Origin: an uncultured candidate division Zixibacteria bacterium
Lineage (GTDB): Bacteria; Zixibacteria; MSB-5A5; GN15; FEB-12
Length of the DNA: 64,000 nt
Assembly (NCBI GenBank): GCA_963664195.1
Contig: OY760907.1
Span: forward strand, 3,200,001 to 3,264,000
Reading direction: 5' to 3'
Position numbers and translations under genes: made by a program. Shown here one piece after another: positions 1-11,074 of the stretch. The notes beneath the pieces are model-generated. The model was not told the DNA's origin. It was given only the letters and a program-made list of their open reading frames with translations, and did not search any database. Every line of letters starts with the position of its first letter. Position 1 is the stretch's first letter.

Positions 1-123
1 TCGGGCGCCGTTTCCATAACGGACGACATCGCTGCTGTGACGTCTGAACTCTGTACGGGCTGTGGAGCGTGTGTCGACGAGTGCCCGAATTCTGCAGTCA
101 CGCTGACCGCACGGGTGTCATAG
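1..123 (+). CDS. 3' end of a 4Fe-4S ferredoxin-domain protein (partial)
   Basis: Frame 1 reads ...ELCTGCGACVDECPNSAVTL...*, a CxxCxxCxxxCP motif; TAG at 121-123. Confidence 0.8.
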   Translation, partial: SGAVSITDDIAAVTSELCTGCGACVDECPNSAVTLTARVS

Positions 124-140
124 TATGAAAGGAGTCTATC

Positions 141-356
141 ATGCCACAGAATAACAACATGGGACGAGGCGGAGGAGGCGGGGGCCGTGGGAGCGGTCAA
201 GGTGGAGGTCGCGGTATGGGACGAGGCGGACGAGCGCTCGGTCCGGGAGGCGAATGCGTCTGCCCGCAATGCGGAGCAACCGTACCACACAGGCAGGGGG
301 TACCGTGTATCGATGAAGACTGTCCCAAGTGTGGCAGCAAGATGACAAGGAGATGA
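141..356 (+). CDS. Small Gly/Arg-rich protein with Cys-rich metal-binding motif
   Basis: GRGGG repeats then CVCPQCG...VPC...CPKCG; RBS AAGGAG upstream; typical neighbour of MinD-Fe-S/NifX clusters. Confidence 0.75.
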   Translation: MPQNNNMGRGGGGGGRGSGQGGGRGMGRGGRALGPGGECVCPQCGATVPHRQGVPCIDEDCPKCGSKMTRR

Positions 357-375
357 TCCTACGTCCAACGAGATT

Positions 376-1248
376 GTGAGAATCGCAGTAGCCAGCGGCA
401 AAGGTGGCACCGGCAAAACGACCGTTGCTACCAACCTCGCGGTGGCGATCGCAGGGACCGGACGGTCGGTGGCCTGCCTTGATTGCGATGTTGAAGAACC
501 GAACGGGAGTATCTTCATCCAACCCGACGTGCTGAAAGAGTTGGACGTTAAGGTGCCTGTCCCCCGAGTGGATATGAAGAAGTGCACATTCTGCGGCGAC
601 TGCTCGGCAGCCTGCGAGTACAATGCACTTGCCGTTCTCGGCACAACAGTCGAAGTTTTCGACTCGCTCTGCCACAGTTGCGGTGCTTGCGTCGACGTGT
701 GTCCGGAAGGCGCAATCACCGAAATCGAAAGAACCATTGGCAGAATCCGCAAGGGGACAGGCAAGGGAGTGGAGTTTCTCGAAGGCCGCCTGAATGTCGG
801 AGAGGCGATGTCTCCCCCTGTCACCAGGGCGCTCAAGAAGATGTCCCTGACTTCAGACGTAGTCATACTCGACGCACCGCCGGGAACATCATGCCCGGCC
901 ATAGAGGCAATCTCGGCCACGGACTTCGTCGTGTTAGTCACTGAACCAACTCCGTTCGGATTGAACGATCTGAGACTGGCGGTCGGCATGGTGCGCGAGG
1001 TCGGATTGCCTTTTGGCGTGTTGATTAATCGCGCCGATTCCGGAGATCGACGGACGACGGAATACTGCCTGAAAGAAGACATCGATATTCTTCTGAGCAT
1101 TCCTTTTGATCGTCGTATCGCCGAGGCATATTCGCGCGGTGACATGGTCTTCCAGGTAAATGAAGATTATCGACGCAGCCTCTGTGAGTTGTACGAGAAC
1201 ATTCTAAAGCGAGTCAACCATGACAGAGTTGGTAGTAGTCAGCGGTAA
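376..1248 (+). CDS. MinD-superfamily P-loop ATPase with inserted 2x[4Fe-4S] domain
   Basis: SGKGGTGKTT Walker A, DCDVEEPN, two CxxCxxCxxxC motifs, DAPPGTSCP. Confidence 0.9.
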   Translation: MRIAVASGKGGTGKTTVATNLAVAIAGTGRSVACLDCDVEEPNGSIFIQPDVLKELDVKVPVPRVDMKKCTFCGDCSAACEYNALAVLGTTVEVFDSLCHSCGACVDVCPEGAITEIERTIGRIRKGTGKGVEFLEGRLNVGEAMSPPVTRALKKMSLTSDVVILDAPPGTSCPAIEAISATDFVVLVTEPTPFGLNDLRLAVGMVREVGLPFGVLINRADSGDRRTTEYCLKEDIDILLSIPFDRRIAEAYSRGDMVFQVNEDYRRSLCELYENILKRVNHDRVGSSQR

Positions 1249-2128
1249 GGGAGGCACAGGGAAAACCAGCATGGTCGGAGCGCTGGCCTCGCTGTTTGAC
1301 AATAAGGTATTAGTGGACTGTGATGTCGACGCAGCCGATCTTCACTTGATCACAAACAATCAAGTACTGGAAACGCATTCGTTCATCGGCGGCAAACAGG
1401 CACGCATCGTGGAAGGCAAATGCAACGGCTGCGGCATCTGTGCGGAGAAGTGTCGATTTGAGGCCATTCACGAATCCGGCGATCTCTACCGCGTTGACCG
1501 GCTCGCCTGCGACGGCTGTGGGGTATGCGTACGCCAATGCCCCGAGGAGGCTATAGAATTCAACGATGTCATGAGCGGCGAGTGGTTTGTGTCGGAGACG
1601 CCGTTCGGCCCCATGGTCCATGCACGTCTTGGGCTGGCTCAAGGGAATTCGGGCAAGCTCGTGTCGGTACTCAGACAAACTGCCCGGAAGTTAATCGAAG
1701 AACAGAAGCGGGATTTGGTCATCATCGATGGCCCTCCTGGAATCGGCTGCCCGGTTATCGCCTCGACCACGGGCGCATCGTATGTACTGATCGTGACCGA
1801 GCCGTCAATGTCCGCAATGCACGACATGGAACGCCTGAGAGAGTTGACCTCGCATTTTGGCATTCCCACGGGTCTGTGCATCAATAAGCACGACATCAAC
1901 CCCGACATCACCGCACAAATCGAGTCATTTGCCGAAACCCACGATACTACTGTCCTTGGGAAAATACCGTACGACCCAGCGGTGACAGCCTCACAGATAG
2001 CAGGCTCAAGCGTAGTGGAATACAGCAACGGCATAGCAGCAAAAGCAATTCGACAGATCCAGAATCGGTTGACAGAAGAGATGGCGCACCGTACGCCGAC
2101 CGGTCGCAAGGATATAATCACATTATAA
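1220..2128 (+). CDS. MinD-superfamily P-loop ATPase with inserted ferredoxin domain (paralogue)
   Basis: SGKGGTGKTS, DCDVDAADL, two ferredoxin motifs, DGPPGIGCP. Confidence 0.9.
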   Translation: MTELVVVSGKGGTGKTSMVGALASLFDNKVLVDCDVDAADLHLITNNQVLETHSFIGGKQARIVEGKCNGCGICAEKCRFEAIHESGDLYRVDRLACDGCGVCVRQCPEEAIEFNDVMSGEWFVSETPFGPMVHARLGLAQGNSGKLVSVLRQTARKLIEEQKRDLVIIDGPPGIGCPVIASTTGASYVLIVTEPSMSAMHDMERLRELTSHFGIPTGLCINKHDINPDITAQIESFAETHDTTVLGKIPYDPAVTASQIAGSSVVEYSNGIAAKAIRQIQNRLTEEMAHRTPTGRKDIITL

Positions 2129-2159
2129 CTATATTAAGAAACGTGAAAGAGAACAGAGC

Positions 2160-2498
2160 ATGAAAATCGCAATCCCGACCGCCGAAGGAGTCTTGTGTCC
2201 GCATTTTGGTCATTGCCAGCAGTTTGCAGTAATGGACGTGGATATGGAGACAAAGGAAATCACCAATACTGAAATGCACACGCCCCCGATGCACGAACCG
2301 GGCGTACTCCCGGCCTGGCTGGGTAAGATGGGCTGCGATATGATAATCGCGGGCGGGATGGGGCAGAGGGCCATTACGCTTTTCGAGCAAAACGACGTGC
2401 AGGTTGTCATCGGTGCTCCCGTTGGCAAACCGGATGAGATAGTAAAGGCCCACTTGCAGGGTGCGTTGGAAACAGGATCCAATCTCTGTGACCACTAA
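2160..2498 (+). CDS. NifB/NifX-family Fe-Mo cofactor-binding-like protein
   Basis: MKIAIP..HFGHC..F, IAGGMG.RA, C-terminal CDH. Confidence 0.85.
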   Translation: MKIAIPTAEGVLCPHFGHCQQFAVMDVDMETKEITNTEMHTPPMHEPGVLPAWLGKMGCDMIIAGGMGQRAITLFEQNDVQVVIGAPVGKPDEIVKAHLQGALETGSNLCDH

Positions 2499-2916
2499 GG
2501 GTGGCAGAGAATCCATCAACCACCTGCGCAACACACATCATTCGCAATGCATAGTGTGCGGGGATGCCAACGGGCATGGCCTGCACCTGGAATTCTCTCT
2601 CTGTGACGACGGCTCAGTCGAGGCAACGTTTCCGTGCGACCTCTCGTACCAGGGGTACGACGGCATTCTGCACGGCGGCATAATCTCCTGTCTGCTGGAC
2701 GGTGCCATGACAAACTGCCTGTTCTCACAGGGAATCACGGCGACAACGGGTGAATTGGTTATGCGGTTCCATCACCCTGTTGTCGCCGGAGTTCCGGCGA
2801 CAATAAACGCCCGAGTTTCCAAATCACGATCCCCGCTGCATCTTCTTGAGGCGGAACTGATTCAGAACGACAGACTCATGGCACACGCAACCGCCAAGTT
2901 TATGGAGATTCACTAG
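2461..2916 (+). CDS. PaaI-family thioesterase (start uncertain)
   Basis: CIVCGDANGHGLHL and YQGYDGILHGGIISCLLD hot-dog-fold motifs. Confidence 0.8.
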   Translation: MRWKQDPISVTTKGGRESINHLRNTHHSQCIVCGDANGHGLHLEFSLCDDGSVEATFPCDLSYQGYDGILHGGIISCLLDGAMTNCLFSQGITATTGELVMRFHHPVVAGVPATINARVSKSRSPLHLLEAELIQNDRLMAHATAKFMEIH

Positions 2917-2942
2917 CGGGAGGTCGTCTCCTGTCTCTGACG

Positions 2943-3905
2943 TTAACCGCTGCCTCTCGGCAAGCTCGCGGTCGGCTTTGTCTTATCGCGGGACGGCCGG
3001 AGAGAGAACAGTACCGAGCCGGTCAGAACAACGGTTATCAGGGCTAGTGATATCAGGATTGGTACCTCGATCACACTCGACAGGAGCATCTTGAGGCCTA
3101 CCAGAACCAGAACCACCGCAAGCCCGGCTTTGAGATAACGGAACCGATCGAGCATGCCAGCCATCAGAAAGTACAGTGACCGCAGTCCCAGTATCGCAAA
3201 AATGTTCGACGTAAAGACGATAAACGGGTCGGAAGTTATCGCAAAAACCGCAGGGATAGAATCCACCGCAAAAAGAAGATCCGAGAACTCCACCGTAATG
3301 AGGGAAAGAAAGAGTGGCGTGATCAGCCAGCGACCGTTCTCTCTGGCGAGGAAATTCGCTCCCCGGTGACCGTCAGCTACCGGGACGAGGCGTTTCACCA
3401 GTCGCACTATGAGGGAACGATCGACATCCATTCCCTCTCTCTTCTGCCTGAAGAGTCTGATGCCGGTGGCGACGAGAATCCCGCCGAACAAATACATCGT
3501 CCAGTGGAAATGGGAGAGCATCGCTCCTCCCACCAGGATGAAGAGGGCACGCATAACCAGAGCGCCAAGAATGCCCCAGAAGAGCACGCGATGTTGCCAC
3601 TCCGAGGGAATGTTGAAGTACGAGAAGATAGCAACGAAGACAAACAGATTGTCCACGGACAATGCCTTCTCGATGACATACCCGGTCAGAAACTCGAGAG
3701 CCTTGTTCGAGCCGAACCAGAAATATACTCCCAGATTGAACAGCAGTGCCAATCCCACCCAGACCGTGGACCACGCCAGAGCCTCGCGAACAGAAACCGT
3801 ATGCTGATTGCGGTGGAACACGCCAAGATCAAGGCCAAGCATAAGCAGCACAAAAGCCACGAAACCGGCAATCAGCGTGGGGGAACCGATGGATTCCACA
3901 ATCAT
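2943..3905 (-). CDS. TerC/Alx-family membrane protein
   Basis: EKALSVDNLFVF, HRVLFWGILGALVMR, DLLFAVDSIPAVFAIT, NIFAILGLRSLYF. Confidence 0.92.
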   Translation of the reverse strand: MIVESIGSPTLIAGFVAFVLLMLGLDLGVFHRNQHTVSVREALAWSTVWVGLALLFNLGVYFWFGSNKALEFLTGYVIEKALSVDNLFVFVAIFSYFNIPSEWQHRVLFWGILGALVMRALFILVGGAMLSHFHWTMYLFGGILVATGIRLFRQKREGMDVDRSLIVRLVKRLVPVADGHRGANFLARENGRWLITPLFLSLITVEFSDLLFAVDSIPAVFAITSDPFIVFTSNIFAILGLRSLYFLMAGMLDRFRYLKAGLAVVLVLVGLKMLLSSVIEVPILISLALITVVLTGSVLFSLRPSRDKTKPTASLPRGSG

Positions 3906-4074
3906 CGTTCAGGTCTCCGGATTATTAAGTCATCCTTGCGCACTATACTCTCCTTCACATGCCGGCCGAGGGCCGCTCATTCTGCCTTGTCAGTAATAAC
4001 GGTAAAAAGCGATTGTTGGTAAATCACAAAATATCATATTGACAGTTCGATTATACCGCAGTATGTTTTATGCC

Positions 4075-4989
4075 ATGGACTGGCTCAACTATCATCATCT
4101 GATGTATTTCTGGACGGTTGTCAGGAAGGGCGGACTGGCTCCTGCTGCAGAAGCACTGCGTTTGTCACCATCTACGATCAGTTCACAAATACAACAGCTT
4201 GAGACCGTGCTGGGTTACAAGCTGTTTGATCGGTCGGGGCGTCAAATGACGGTGAACGATGTCGGCCAGGTTGTGTATCGGTACGCGGAGGAGATATTCA
4301 CTCTCGGCCGAGAGCTGCAGGATGCTCTTGAGGACCGCCCGCACGAACGTCCGATACGGGTCCAGATAGGTCTTGCGGACGTCATTCCCAAGCTAGCTGC
4401 GGCCAGACTTCTGGCGCCGATTTTGGACTCGTTGCACACATACAATCTGGTGTGTCGTGAGGATCATCCTGACCGCCTGGTTTCCGAGCTGATCCTGCAC
4501 GAGCTTGATATTGTTCTGACGGACGCACCTATCGGACCGGACCTCCGGGTGCGCGGGTTCAATCATCTGCTGGGGGAGAGTCCGGTTGCCGTCTATGCCT
4601 CTCCGGAGCTGGCTAAGCGCTACAGGGGCAGTTTCCCGGAGTTCCTTGATGGCGCTCCCTGCATACTGCCCGGCGATCGAACGGTCCTAAGGAGATCTCT
4701 GGAGAGTTGGTTTGAATCTCATGATATACGTCCGAAAGTAGTTGCCGAGTGCGACGACAGCGCGTTGATTATGTCGCTCGGACAATCAAGAGTGGGCTGT
4801 TTCATGGCTCCACAGATTGTGGGAAAGGAAATCGTCCGCCAATATCGCGTTCGAGAGGCCGGCGTTCTTGACGGTGTTGTGGAGAAGTTCTACGCGGTGT
4901 CGATGGACCGACGGATAGAACACCCCGCGGTAAAAGCAATCGTAGACCATGCTAAAACAGACATCTTTGGCCAGGGCGATGTGACCTGA
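4075..4989 (+). CDS. nhaR: LysR-family transcriptional activator NhaR
   Basis: MDWLNYHHLMYFWTV N-terminus characteristic of NhaR; LysR HTH; divergent from TerC gene. Confidence 0.8.
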   Translation: MDWLNYHHLMYFWTVVRKGGLAPAAEALRLSPSTISSQIQQLETVLGYKLFDRSGRQMTVNDVGQVVYRYAEEIFTLGRELQDALEDRPHERPIRVQIGLADVIPKLAAARLLAPILDSLHTYNLVCREDHPDRLVSELILHELDIVLTDAPIGPDLRVRGFNHLLGESPVAVYASPELAKRYRGSFPEFLDGAPCILPGDRTVLRRSLESWFESHDIRPKVVAECDDSALIMSLGQSRVGCFMAPQIVGKEIVRQYRVREAGVLDGVVEKFYAVSMDRRIEHPAVKAIVDHAKTDIFGQGDVT

Positions 4990-5027
4990 GAGGATAGACA
5001 CAAACGTCAGATTGGTGATGGAGTGAT

Positions 5028-6725
5028 ATGCATGAGCTAGCCTATCTCCGCGATCTGGTTATCATACTTGGATTCGCGGTGGTCATCGTTGTTCTGTTCC
5101 ACCGATTAAGACTGCCCTCGGTTGCAGGGTTCATCCTGTCCGGCGTGCTCGTCGGGCCGCAGGGACTTGGCCTGATTGATGACTCGCATCAGGTTGAGGT
5201 GCTGGCAGAGATAGGGGTGGCGCTTCTCCTGTTTGGTATCGGTGTTGAACTGTCCTTGAAGAAGCTCCAGCGGTTGTGGAAACTTGTTCTGGCCGGAGGC
5301 ACCCTTCAGGTTGGACTCACTGGAGCAGTCGTATTCACCCTGGCCCGTATGTTAGGTCTAGCGGGCAATTCAGCTATTTTCATCGGCTTGGTCGTCGCAC
5401 TCTCCAGTACGGCGATTGTCCTAAGGGGATTACAGCAACGGGGAGAGGTCGATGCTCCCCACGGCCGCCTGATACTGGGCATTCTCGTTTTCCAGGACTT
5501 CGCTGTCATACCGATAATGCTGATCATCCCGCTTCTGATTGGCTCTAATCCAGACGCTGGCGCATTCGGCGTCATGCTTGCAAAGTCCGTCGGCATTGTG
5601 GCCGCTGTACTTCTCCTGGCTATTCTTGTCGTGCCTCGCATTCTTCGTCTTGTAGCCAGAACTCGACAGCGACAACTGTTCATTCTGTCTGTTTTTCTGA
5701 TATGCCTCGGAACGGCCTGGCTTGTCACCAAATCCGGCGCTTCACTGGCGGTTGGTGCGTTTCTGGCCGGCCTGGTCGTCTCGGGAAGCGAATACCGGCA
5801 TCAGGCCCTCGCGGATATGATATCTTTCAGGGAGGTTTTTGCCAGTCTCTTTTTTGTGTCGATCGGTATGCTACTGGCACCGTCGATGATTTTGGATAAC
5901 CTCGTCTCGATTCTCATTATTCTCGCTGCGATTCTCATCGGCAAGTCACTGTTCGTGTTCATCGCGGCAGCGATCCTCCGCATGCCGATACGAGTGTGTA
6001 TTGTCGCCGCCGTTGCACTGGCCCAGATAGGAGAGTTCTCATTTATCCTACTCTTTTCCGTTCAGGGGACAGGGTTGGTAGAAAAAACCCTCGAGAGCAC
6101 ACTGGCCTCGGCGGCGATTCTATCAATGTTTATAACACCGTTTGCCATGTCCTTCGGCCCCCGACTGGCTGCCGGACTGGGGAGATTCAAGCACTTCAAG
6201 AATCTCTTTGAAGTAGATTCCGCGGAAGATGTCTCCGACGCCGTGGCGGGCCTGCGAGATCATGTGATTGTCGCCGGCTATGGCTTTGCGGGCAGAGAGC
6301 TGTCGCAGGTATTGGATGCGCACGATATCGCGTACGTGATACTCGACTTGAACATCGGCAATGTCCGAAAGGCTACCCGTGAGACAGGGAAAGCTGTTTT
6401 TGGCGATGTCACCAATGAGGGCGTACTCAGTAAACTCGGCGTGGAGCACGCCCGTGAACTCGTCTTGTTGATTAACGACCCCGCAGCTTCGGAGCAGGCC
6501 GTTCGGGTGGCGAGGGCGCTCGCTCCCGATCTGTTCATAAGTGTGCGGACAGCATACCTGCTCGATATCAAGGGACTGCTGGCGGCAGGGGCAAACGAGG
6601 TTATACCCTCTGAGCGAGAAGCGGCTGTGCAGGTTGCGACACAACTCCTGAGGCGACACGGGGCCGACGAGGATCAGGTTTCCAGGCATGCGCTGAAGAT
6701 CCGGGGCCACTCTGAAGATGATTGA
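5028..6725 (+). CDS. CPA2/Kef-type cation:proton antiporter with TrkA-N domain
   Basis: LAEIGVALLLFGIGVE, LSSTAIV, GILVFQD, AQIGEFSF; C-terminal HVIVAGYG. Confidence 0.9.
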   Translation: MHELAYLRDLVIILGFAVVIVVLFHRLRLPSVAGFILSGVLVGPQGLGLIDDSHQVEVLAEIGVALLLFGIGVELSLKKLQRLWKLVLAGGTLQVGLTGAVVFTLARMLGLAGNSAIFIGLVVALSSTAIVLRGLQQRGEVDAPHGRLILGILVFQDFAVIPIMLIIPLLIGSNPDAGAFGVMLAKSVGIVAAVLLLAILVVPRILRLVARTRQRQLFILSVFLICLGTAWLVTKSGASLAVGAFLAGLVVSGSEYRHQALADMISFREVFASLFFVSIGMLLAPSMILDNLVSILIILAAILIGKSLFVFIAAAILRMPIRVCIVAAVALAQIGEFSFILLFSVQGTGLVEKTLESTLASAAILSMFITPFAMSFGPRLAAGLGRFKHFKNLFEVDSAEDVSDAVAGLRDHVIVAGYGFAGRELSQVLDAHDIAYVILDLNIGNVRKATRETGKAVFGDVTNEGVLSKLGVEHARELVLLINDPAASEQAVRVARALAPDLFISVRTAYLLDIKGLLAAGANEVIPSEREAAVQVATQLLRRHGADEDQVSRHALKIRGHSEDD

Positions 6726-6811
6726 CTGTCCGAGATTGCCCTGAGCGGGTGATTTCAACAAACCGATTCCGCGTTGCGCATTCTCAAGTTTCATCCTACC
6801 TTGATTTCGCT

Positions 6812-7654
6812 ATGAAAGATCGCTCAACCAGAGACACCAAAGAACACTACTCCCCGGCAAACTTGCTGGACGGAATCCGTGTAGCCCTGTCAGAGATGGG
6901 TGTTACGGCTGAGACGGTGACGCTCGACCACCTGGCAACCCTGGATGAATTCCATATCAGAGGCCGGAAAGGTACTCAAGAGCTGTTTGCACTGCTGAAG
7001 CCGACGAGATCAATGCACGTGCTGGACATAGGTGCCGGGCTTGGCGGTCCGGCGAGAGTGTTGGCGTCGCAATACGGTTCGACCGTGACAGGCCTGGACC
7101 TTTCGGAAGTGTTTGTCGATGTCGGCAACGAGCTGTCCGAATGGCTCAATCTGTCCGATCAGGTCCAGCTAGTTTGCGGAAACGCTCTGGAGATGCCGTT
7201 CGAGAACGGCGGTTTCGACGCAGCCTTCACCATTCACACGCTGATGAATATCAAAGACAAGCCTGCGCTAGTAGCCGAGACTGCCCGCGTGCTGAAACCT
7301 GGGGCGGCGTTGGCGATGTTCGAGACGTTCACCGGTGACGGGGGAGAGATTCTCTTTCCACTGCCGTGGGCCGATCATACACAAATCGATTTCACCGGCT
7401 CACGAGAGGCTCTGGAAGCTGCATTGACCGAGAACGGATTTCGGATCGAAACGGTCATTGATGCAACGCCTGAGTGTACGTCTTGGATCGAAAACTCGGC
7501 CCGACGGGTGAGTAGCGGCAAAGGGTTGCCGCCGCTCGGATTGAACCTGTTGTTGGGAGAATCGTTCGTGAAGAGGATACAGACGTTCGCGCGCAATCTC
7601 AGCGAGGGACGCTTGACGGTAGCAAGGATCGTAGCGACGCGGAACATGTCATAA
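6812..7654 (+). CDS. Class I SAM-dependent methyltransferase
   Basis: DEFHIRG, VLDIGAGLGGPAR, RVLKPG; ATG 6812 preferred over the upstream TTG. Confidence 0.85.
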   Translation: MKDRSTRDTKEHYSPANLLDGIRVALSEMGVTAETVTLDHLATLDEFHIRGRKGTQELFALLKPTRSMHVLDIGAGLGGPARVLASQYGSTVTGLDLSEVFVDVGNELSEWLNLSDQVQLVCGNALEMPFENGGFDAAFTIHTLMNIKDKPALVAETARVLKPGAALAMFETFTGDGGEILFPLPWADHTQIDFTGSREALEAALTENGFRIETVIDATPECTSWIENSARRVSSGKGLPPLGLNLLLGESFVKRIQTFARNLSEGRLTVARIVATRNMS

Positions 7655-7716
7655 GATAAGGGACAGCGCATTACGCGCCGCCCCTCAAGCATTACTTCAT
7701 GTGCGATTGATCTTCG

Positions 7717-8274
7717 CTACAAATACATCATCAGAAAGACTAGCGGCACAACCAGACCAACTCCGGTCAGCCAGGCGCCACGTCCGGTGATGCCTTTTTT
7801 CCCTCTGAGAACAAACAGCCCGGTTATGCAGATCAGTATCAGCGCCACGCAGAACAAATCCGAAAACCAGGTCCAAAGGCGCTGGGGGTTATAATGTAGG
7901 AAGTTAACCTCAAACAACAGAGGTCGTTTCTCCAACTTTTCAATCAACCCATGGCCGGTTGCCAGGTTGACATCAAGCGTACCGCCACTCTTGAGAAATA
8001 CGCGCATGGCGTCCGGCAACGGTTGATAGTGCATCTTGTATTCACCCGCCAGATCGGTCTGCTCAAGCAGTTCCAACACTGCTGCCTTCGGAACCAATTC
8101 GCCTTCCGAGTACCTCTGGTCCCATTGCACCTCAGTGTGAGTCAGCGAATAGTTCGGATTGAAGTCGGCGCGGTGATTAAGCGCAATGCCAGACAACGAG
8201 TAGATGACCGTCATCCCGAAAAAGATGTAACCCAGATCGCGATGAAGGATGTTGTTCCACTTACGCCATTTCAT
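7717..8274 (-). CDS. PepSY-associated TM-helix domain protein
   Basis: LHRDLGY..G...YSLSGIALNH, NFLHYNP, WTWFSD. Confidence 0.8.
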   Translation of the reverse strand: MKWRKWNNILHRDLGYIFFGMTVIYSLSGIALNHRADFNPNYSLTHTEVQWDQRYSEGELVPKAAVLELLEQTDLAGEYKMHYQPLPDAMRVFLKSGGTLDVNLATGHGLIEKLEKRPLLFEVNFLHYNPQRLWTWFSDLFCVALILICITGLFVLRGKKGITGRGAWLTGVGLVVPLVFLMMYL

Positions 8275-8292
8275 AACCAGACCGATGTCGCT

Positions 8293-8871
8293 TTACTTGA
8301 TCTCTTCAAATGAAGTGGCCTGGAGGCTGTAAAACGCCAGATATCCGTGCTCGCTCTCGGCGACCTGCTTGCGCATCTCTTCGATCTGTGCCTTGGCAGC
8401 CTCGTCCTGCTGAGCCTGGGCTTCAGTGTCAACACTTTCAGCAGCCTCAGCGACTTTCTCCTGTCCCTTGGCGGCGGCATTCTCGATGCTCTGCTTCTCG
8501 GCGGCGCAGGCTTCGCCTTCCCAGTTGTCCAGGTATTCCTTGTCGACCTTCAGAACCTCGACGATACCTTCAACACGTATTTTGCTGCCTTCCAGCGCAA
8601 TATCAAAAGTGCCAATCTCCGGCCCGGCTTCGACTTTGATGGTCGTTTCCGGATCGTCTCCGATGAGGAAGAGGCGCTTCCCGCTGTGCTTGCAGACGTG
8701 GTTCACGGTGCCGGTGATGGCAAGGGTCTGGCCCACGAAACCTTCGGCTTTGGCATCAAAGTCGGCGACGGCGACCGTGGTCACTTCGGCAGCCTTTTCT
8801 TTAGTCTGGTCGGCTCCGCAAGAGACGATGAAAAGAGCGGCCATAATCAGTAGAAGGGAAGTTTTTAGCAT
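8293..8871 (-). CDS. Putative lipoprotein, OB-fold-like
   Basis: Signal peptide with lipobox IVSC; GTVNHVCKHSGKR motif; RBS GGAG upstream of ATG 8871. Confidence 0.7.
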   Translation of the reverse strand: MLKTSLLLIMAALFIVSCGADQTKEKAAEVTTVAVADFDAKAEGFVGQTLAITGTVNHVCKHSGKRLFLIGDDPETTIKVEAGPEIGTFDIALEGSKIRVEGIVEVLKVDKEYLDNWEGEACAAEKQSIENAAAKGQEKVAEAAESVDTEAQAQQDEAAKAQIEEMRKQVAESEHGYLAFYSLQATSFEEIK

Positions 8872-11074
8872 GTTTTCTCCTGTCCGTATGTTTGAATCGT
8901 TTAGTCGCTGCAACAAGGTGATCGGCACTCGGTGCTGGGGTCAGACGAGGACAGCACAGTACTTCTGCGAGTAACACATCACACTGCGAAGGAAAGTATG
9001 TCTGAGGTCACATTCTGTCAACGGGTTATTGTTCTTCTTGTGCGCGGGGGAGAGCATTGACCATAGTCTATTCAGGCTCCAGTTCTTCCGCTTCCAGCAG
9101 TTTTCCTACAAACAGGCACGAGTTCTTCACGAAGAAGACAACCGGCAGATCGCCAACCAACGATTCAAGGCGCTTCACATATTCCAATTCATCACCAACC
9201 TCGGGTACTGCCAGACCAAGGAACACCGCGTCTGCCGTCTCACTACGTGATTGTATTAGCTCGCCAATGCTCTTGTCCTCAGGCTTTATGAACACATCGC
9301 AATCGGCCTCAATGCGAATATCCGTAAGCATAGCCTCCAGATATCGCTCGGTGTTTTTCTGAGCGAATTCATTCGATGCGGCGCAAAGGATCTTAAGGTC
9401 GGAACCGCGCCACTCCGGATTTCGAGTTAGCAGGTAAGCCAGGAGAAGCATCAAATCCCCGTTCTGTCTGAGTCCACCCCACCACACGTGGATCTCTCGT
9501 TTGGCTTTGCGAACCGGGAAGATGAGCTGCGGGTTGATTTTTCCTATCACGACGGACTTCTGGATTTTCTCAAGCCTGCGGGTCGTCACAAGGAAGTCGC
9601 ACATCCTGTTGGGATCCTTGGGCCAGCCCAGGACAATCGTGTTGCTTGAGAATCCAGCGATCCCGTTGGCCTGAGATACGTCCGCTATCCCGCCAACGAT
9701 GTTCTCCACAACGTCCACTTCGGTGAAGACACTGAGGTCCTCGCTTGCCATAAGCTCTTGAGTCGCCGTTAGCTTTTCCCTGGTGTCTATCTCGTCCTGC
9801 AACAGATCACCTACAACAAGTTCACAAACGGTCACTATGCCCCGGTTCTGACTGAACCATGAGGCAAACTTTATGAGGTCAAGTTTTCGTCGGGCGTCAT
9901 CAACGAATACCAGAACGTGAGGCCGCCAGTTTCGGGCGCTCATGCTGCGATGAGACAACCGAATGAGTGCCCAGCGGAGCATCGCTTCATATAGACCCCG
10001 TCTGGCGTCGCCCCATGCCGCCAATTTCTCGCGGCGTGCGAAAAGAAGCCAGAGCATCAACTCTATGCCGATCGCCATAAGACTGGCGAGCGGACTGATC
10101 AAGAACATAACCCAGATACAGGCCAGCCCGCAGGCGATATTAACAGGCCACGGTATGCGGAATCTTGGACGCCAGGACGGATCACCACTCAGGGTTTCAA
10201 GTCCTGCGGCGAGGTTGACCGTGCCGTAAACGGTCAGGAAGAACATGGTCACGACCTTGGCAACCGCGTTTAGATCGCCCAGGAATACGGCTCCGAGGGC
10301 TATTAAACTGGCCAGCAGAAGGGCAATACGAACCCCCATCTCGCTGGAGACAAAATCGCGGAGTCGCCGGCCGACTATCTGGTCGCGGCATACGGCCTGC
10401 AGGGTACGTGGGGCTCCCAGAGCAGACCCGAGAGCCGAAGAGAGGATTGCACCCCATAATCCCGGCAGTACAAGAAAAATTCCGTACGGGGCAATCTTTA
10501 GCCATATCAGTGAGTCGGTCTGCAATTGGTCAGGATCGGCCGCTCTGGACAGCAACACCGGTATCAGCAAATACACGATTAGCCCGGTGATAGCGGCAGC
10601 AATGGCTCCCAGCGGTATTGCCTTGCTTGGATTTTTGAGGTCACCGGATAGGCTCAGACCGGCCATTACTCCCGTAACCGCCGGGAAAAACACAGCAAAA
10701 CCGACCCAGAAACCGATCTCGTTTGCCCGTGGAACGACGACAGCAACATCCTCTGGCCTTGCAGACAGCAGTGCGCCAACAGCCAGAGCACCTATGGACA
10801 GGGCTACCAGCACGAGAAGAGGGATCTGTGTCTTCAGCGCAAACCTGGCTCCATATAGCGATACCACCGACACCAGCAATATCACTAATACGCAGGCGGG
10901 AAGAAGAGGGACGTCCGGCCAGACAATTCGCAACGACTCGGCCAGACCGTAGGCGTAGAGCGTCACTGAGATTGCCTGAGAGAGAAACAGCGGAACACCG
11001 TATACTGCCCCCCATTAGTGACAAGAGGTTGTTAAGATAGTATTTTGCGGCTGGACCTTCAAAGGAGCTCAGTC

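Noticed and set aside
3910..3956. yybP-ykoY (Mn) riboswitch upstream of the TerC/Alx gene (minus strand AAGGAGAGTA...GAGACCTG)
   Set aside because: The terminal motifs resemble it, but only about 30 nt lie between them, too short for the four-way junction, and the metal-binding loop is not evident. An Rfam scan would settle it.
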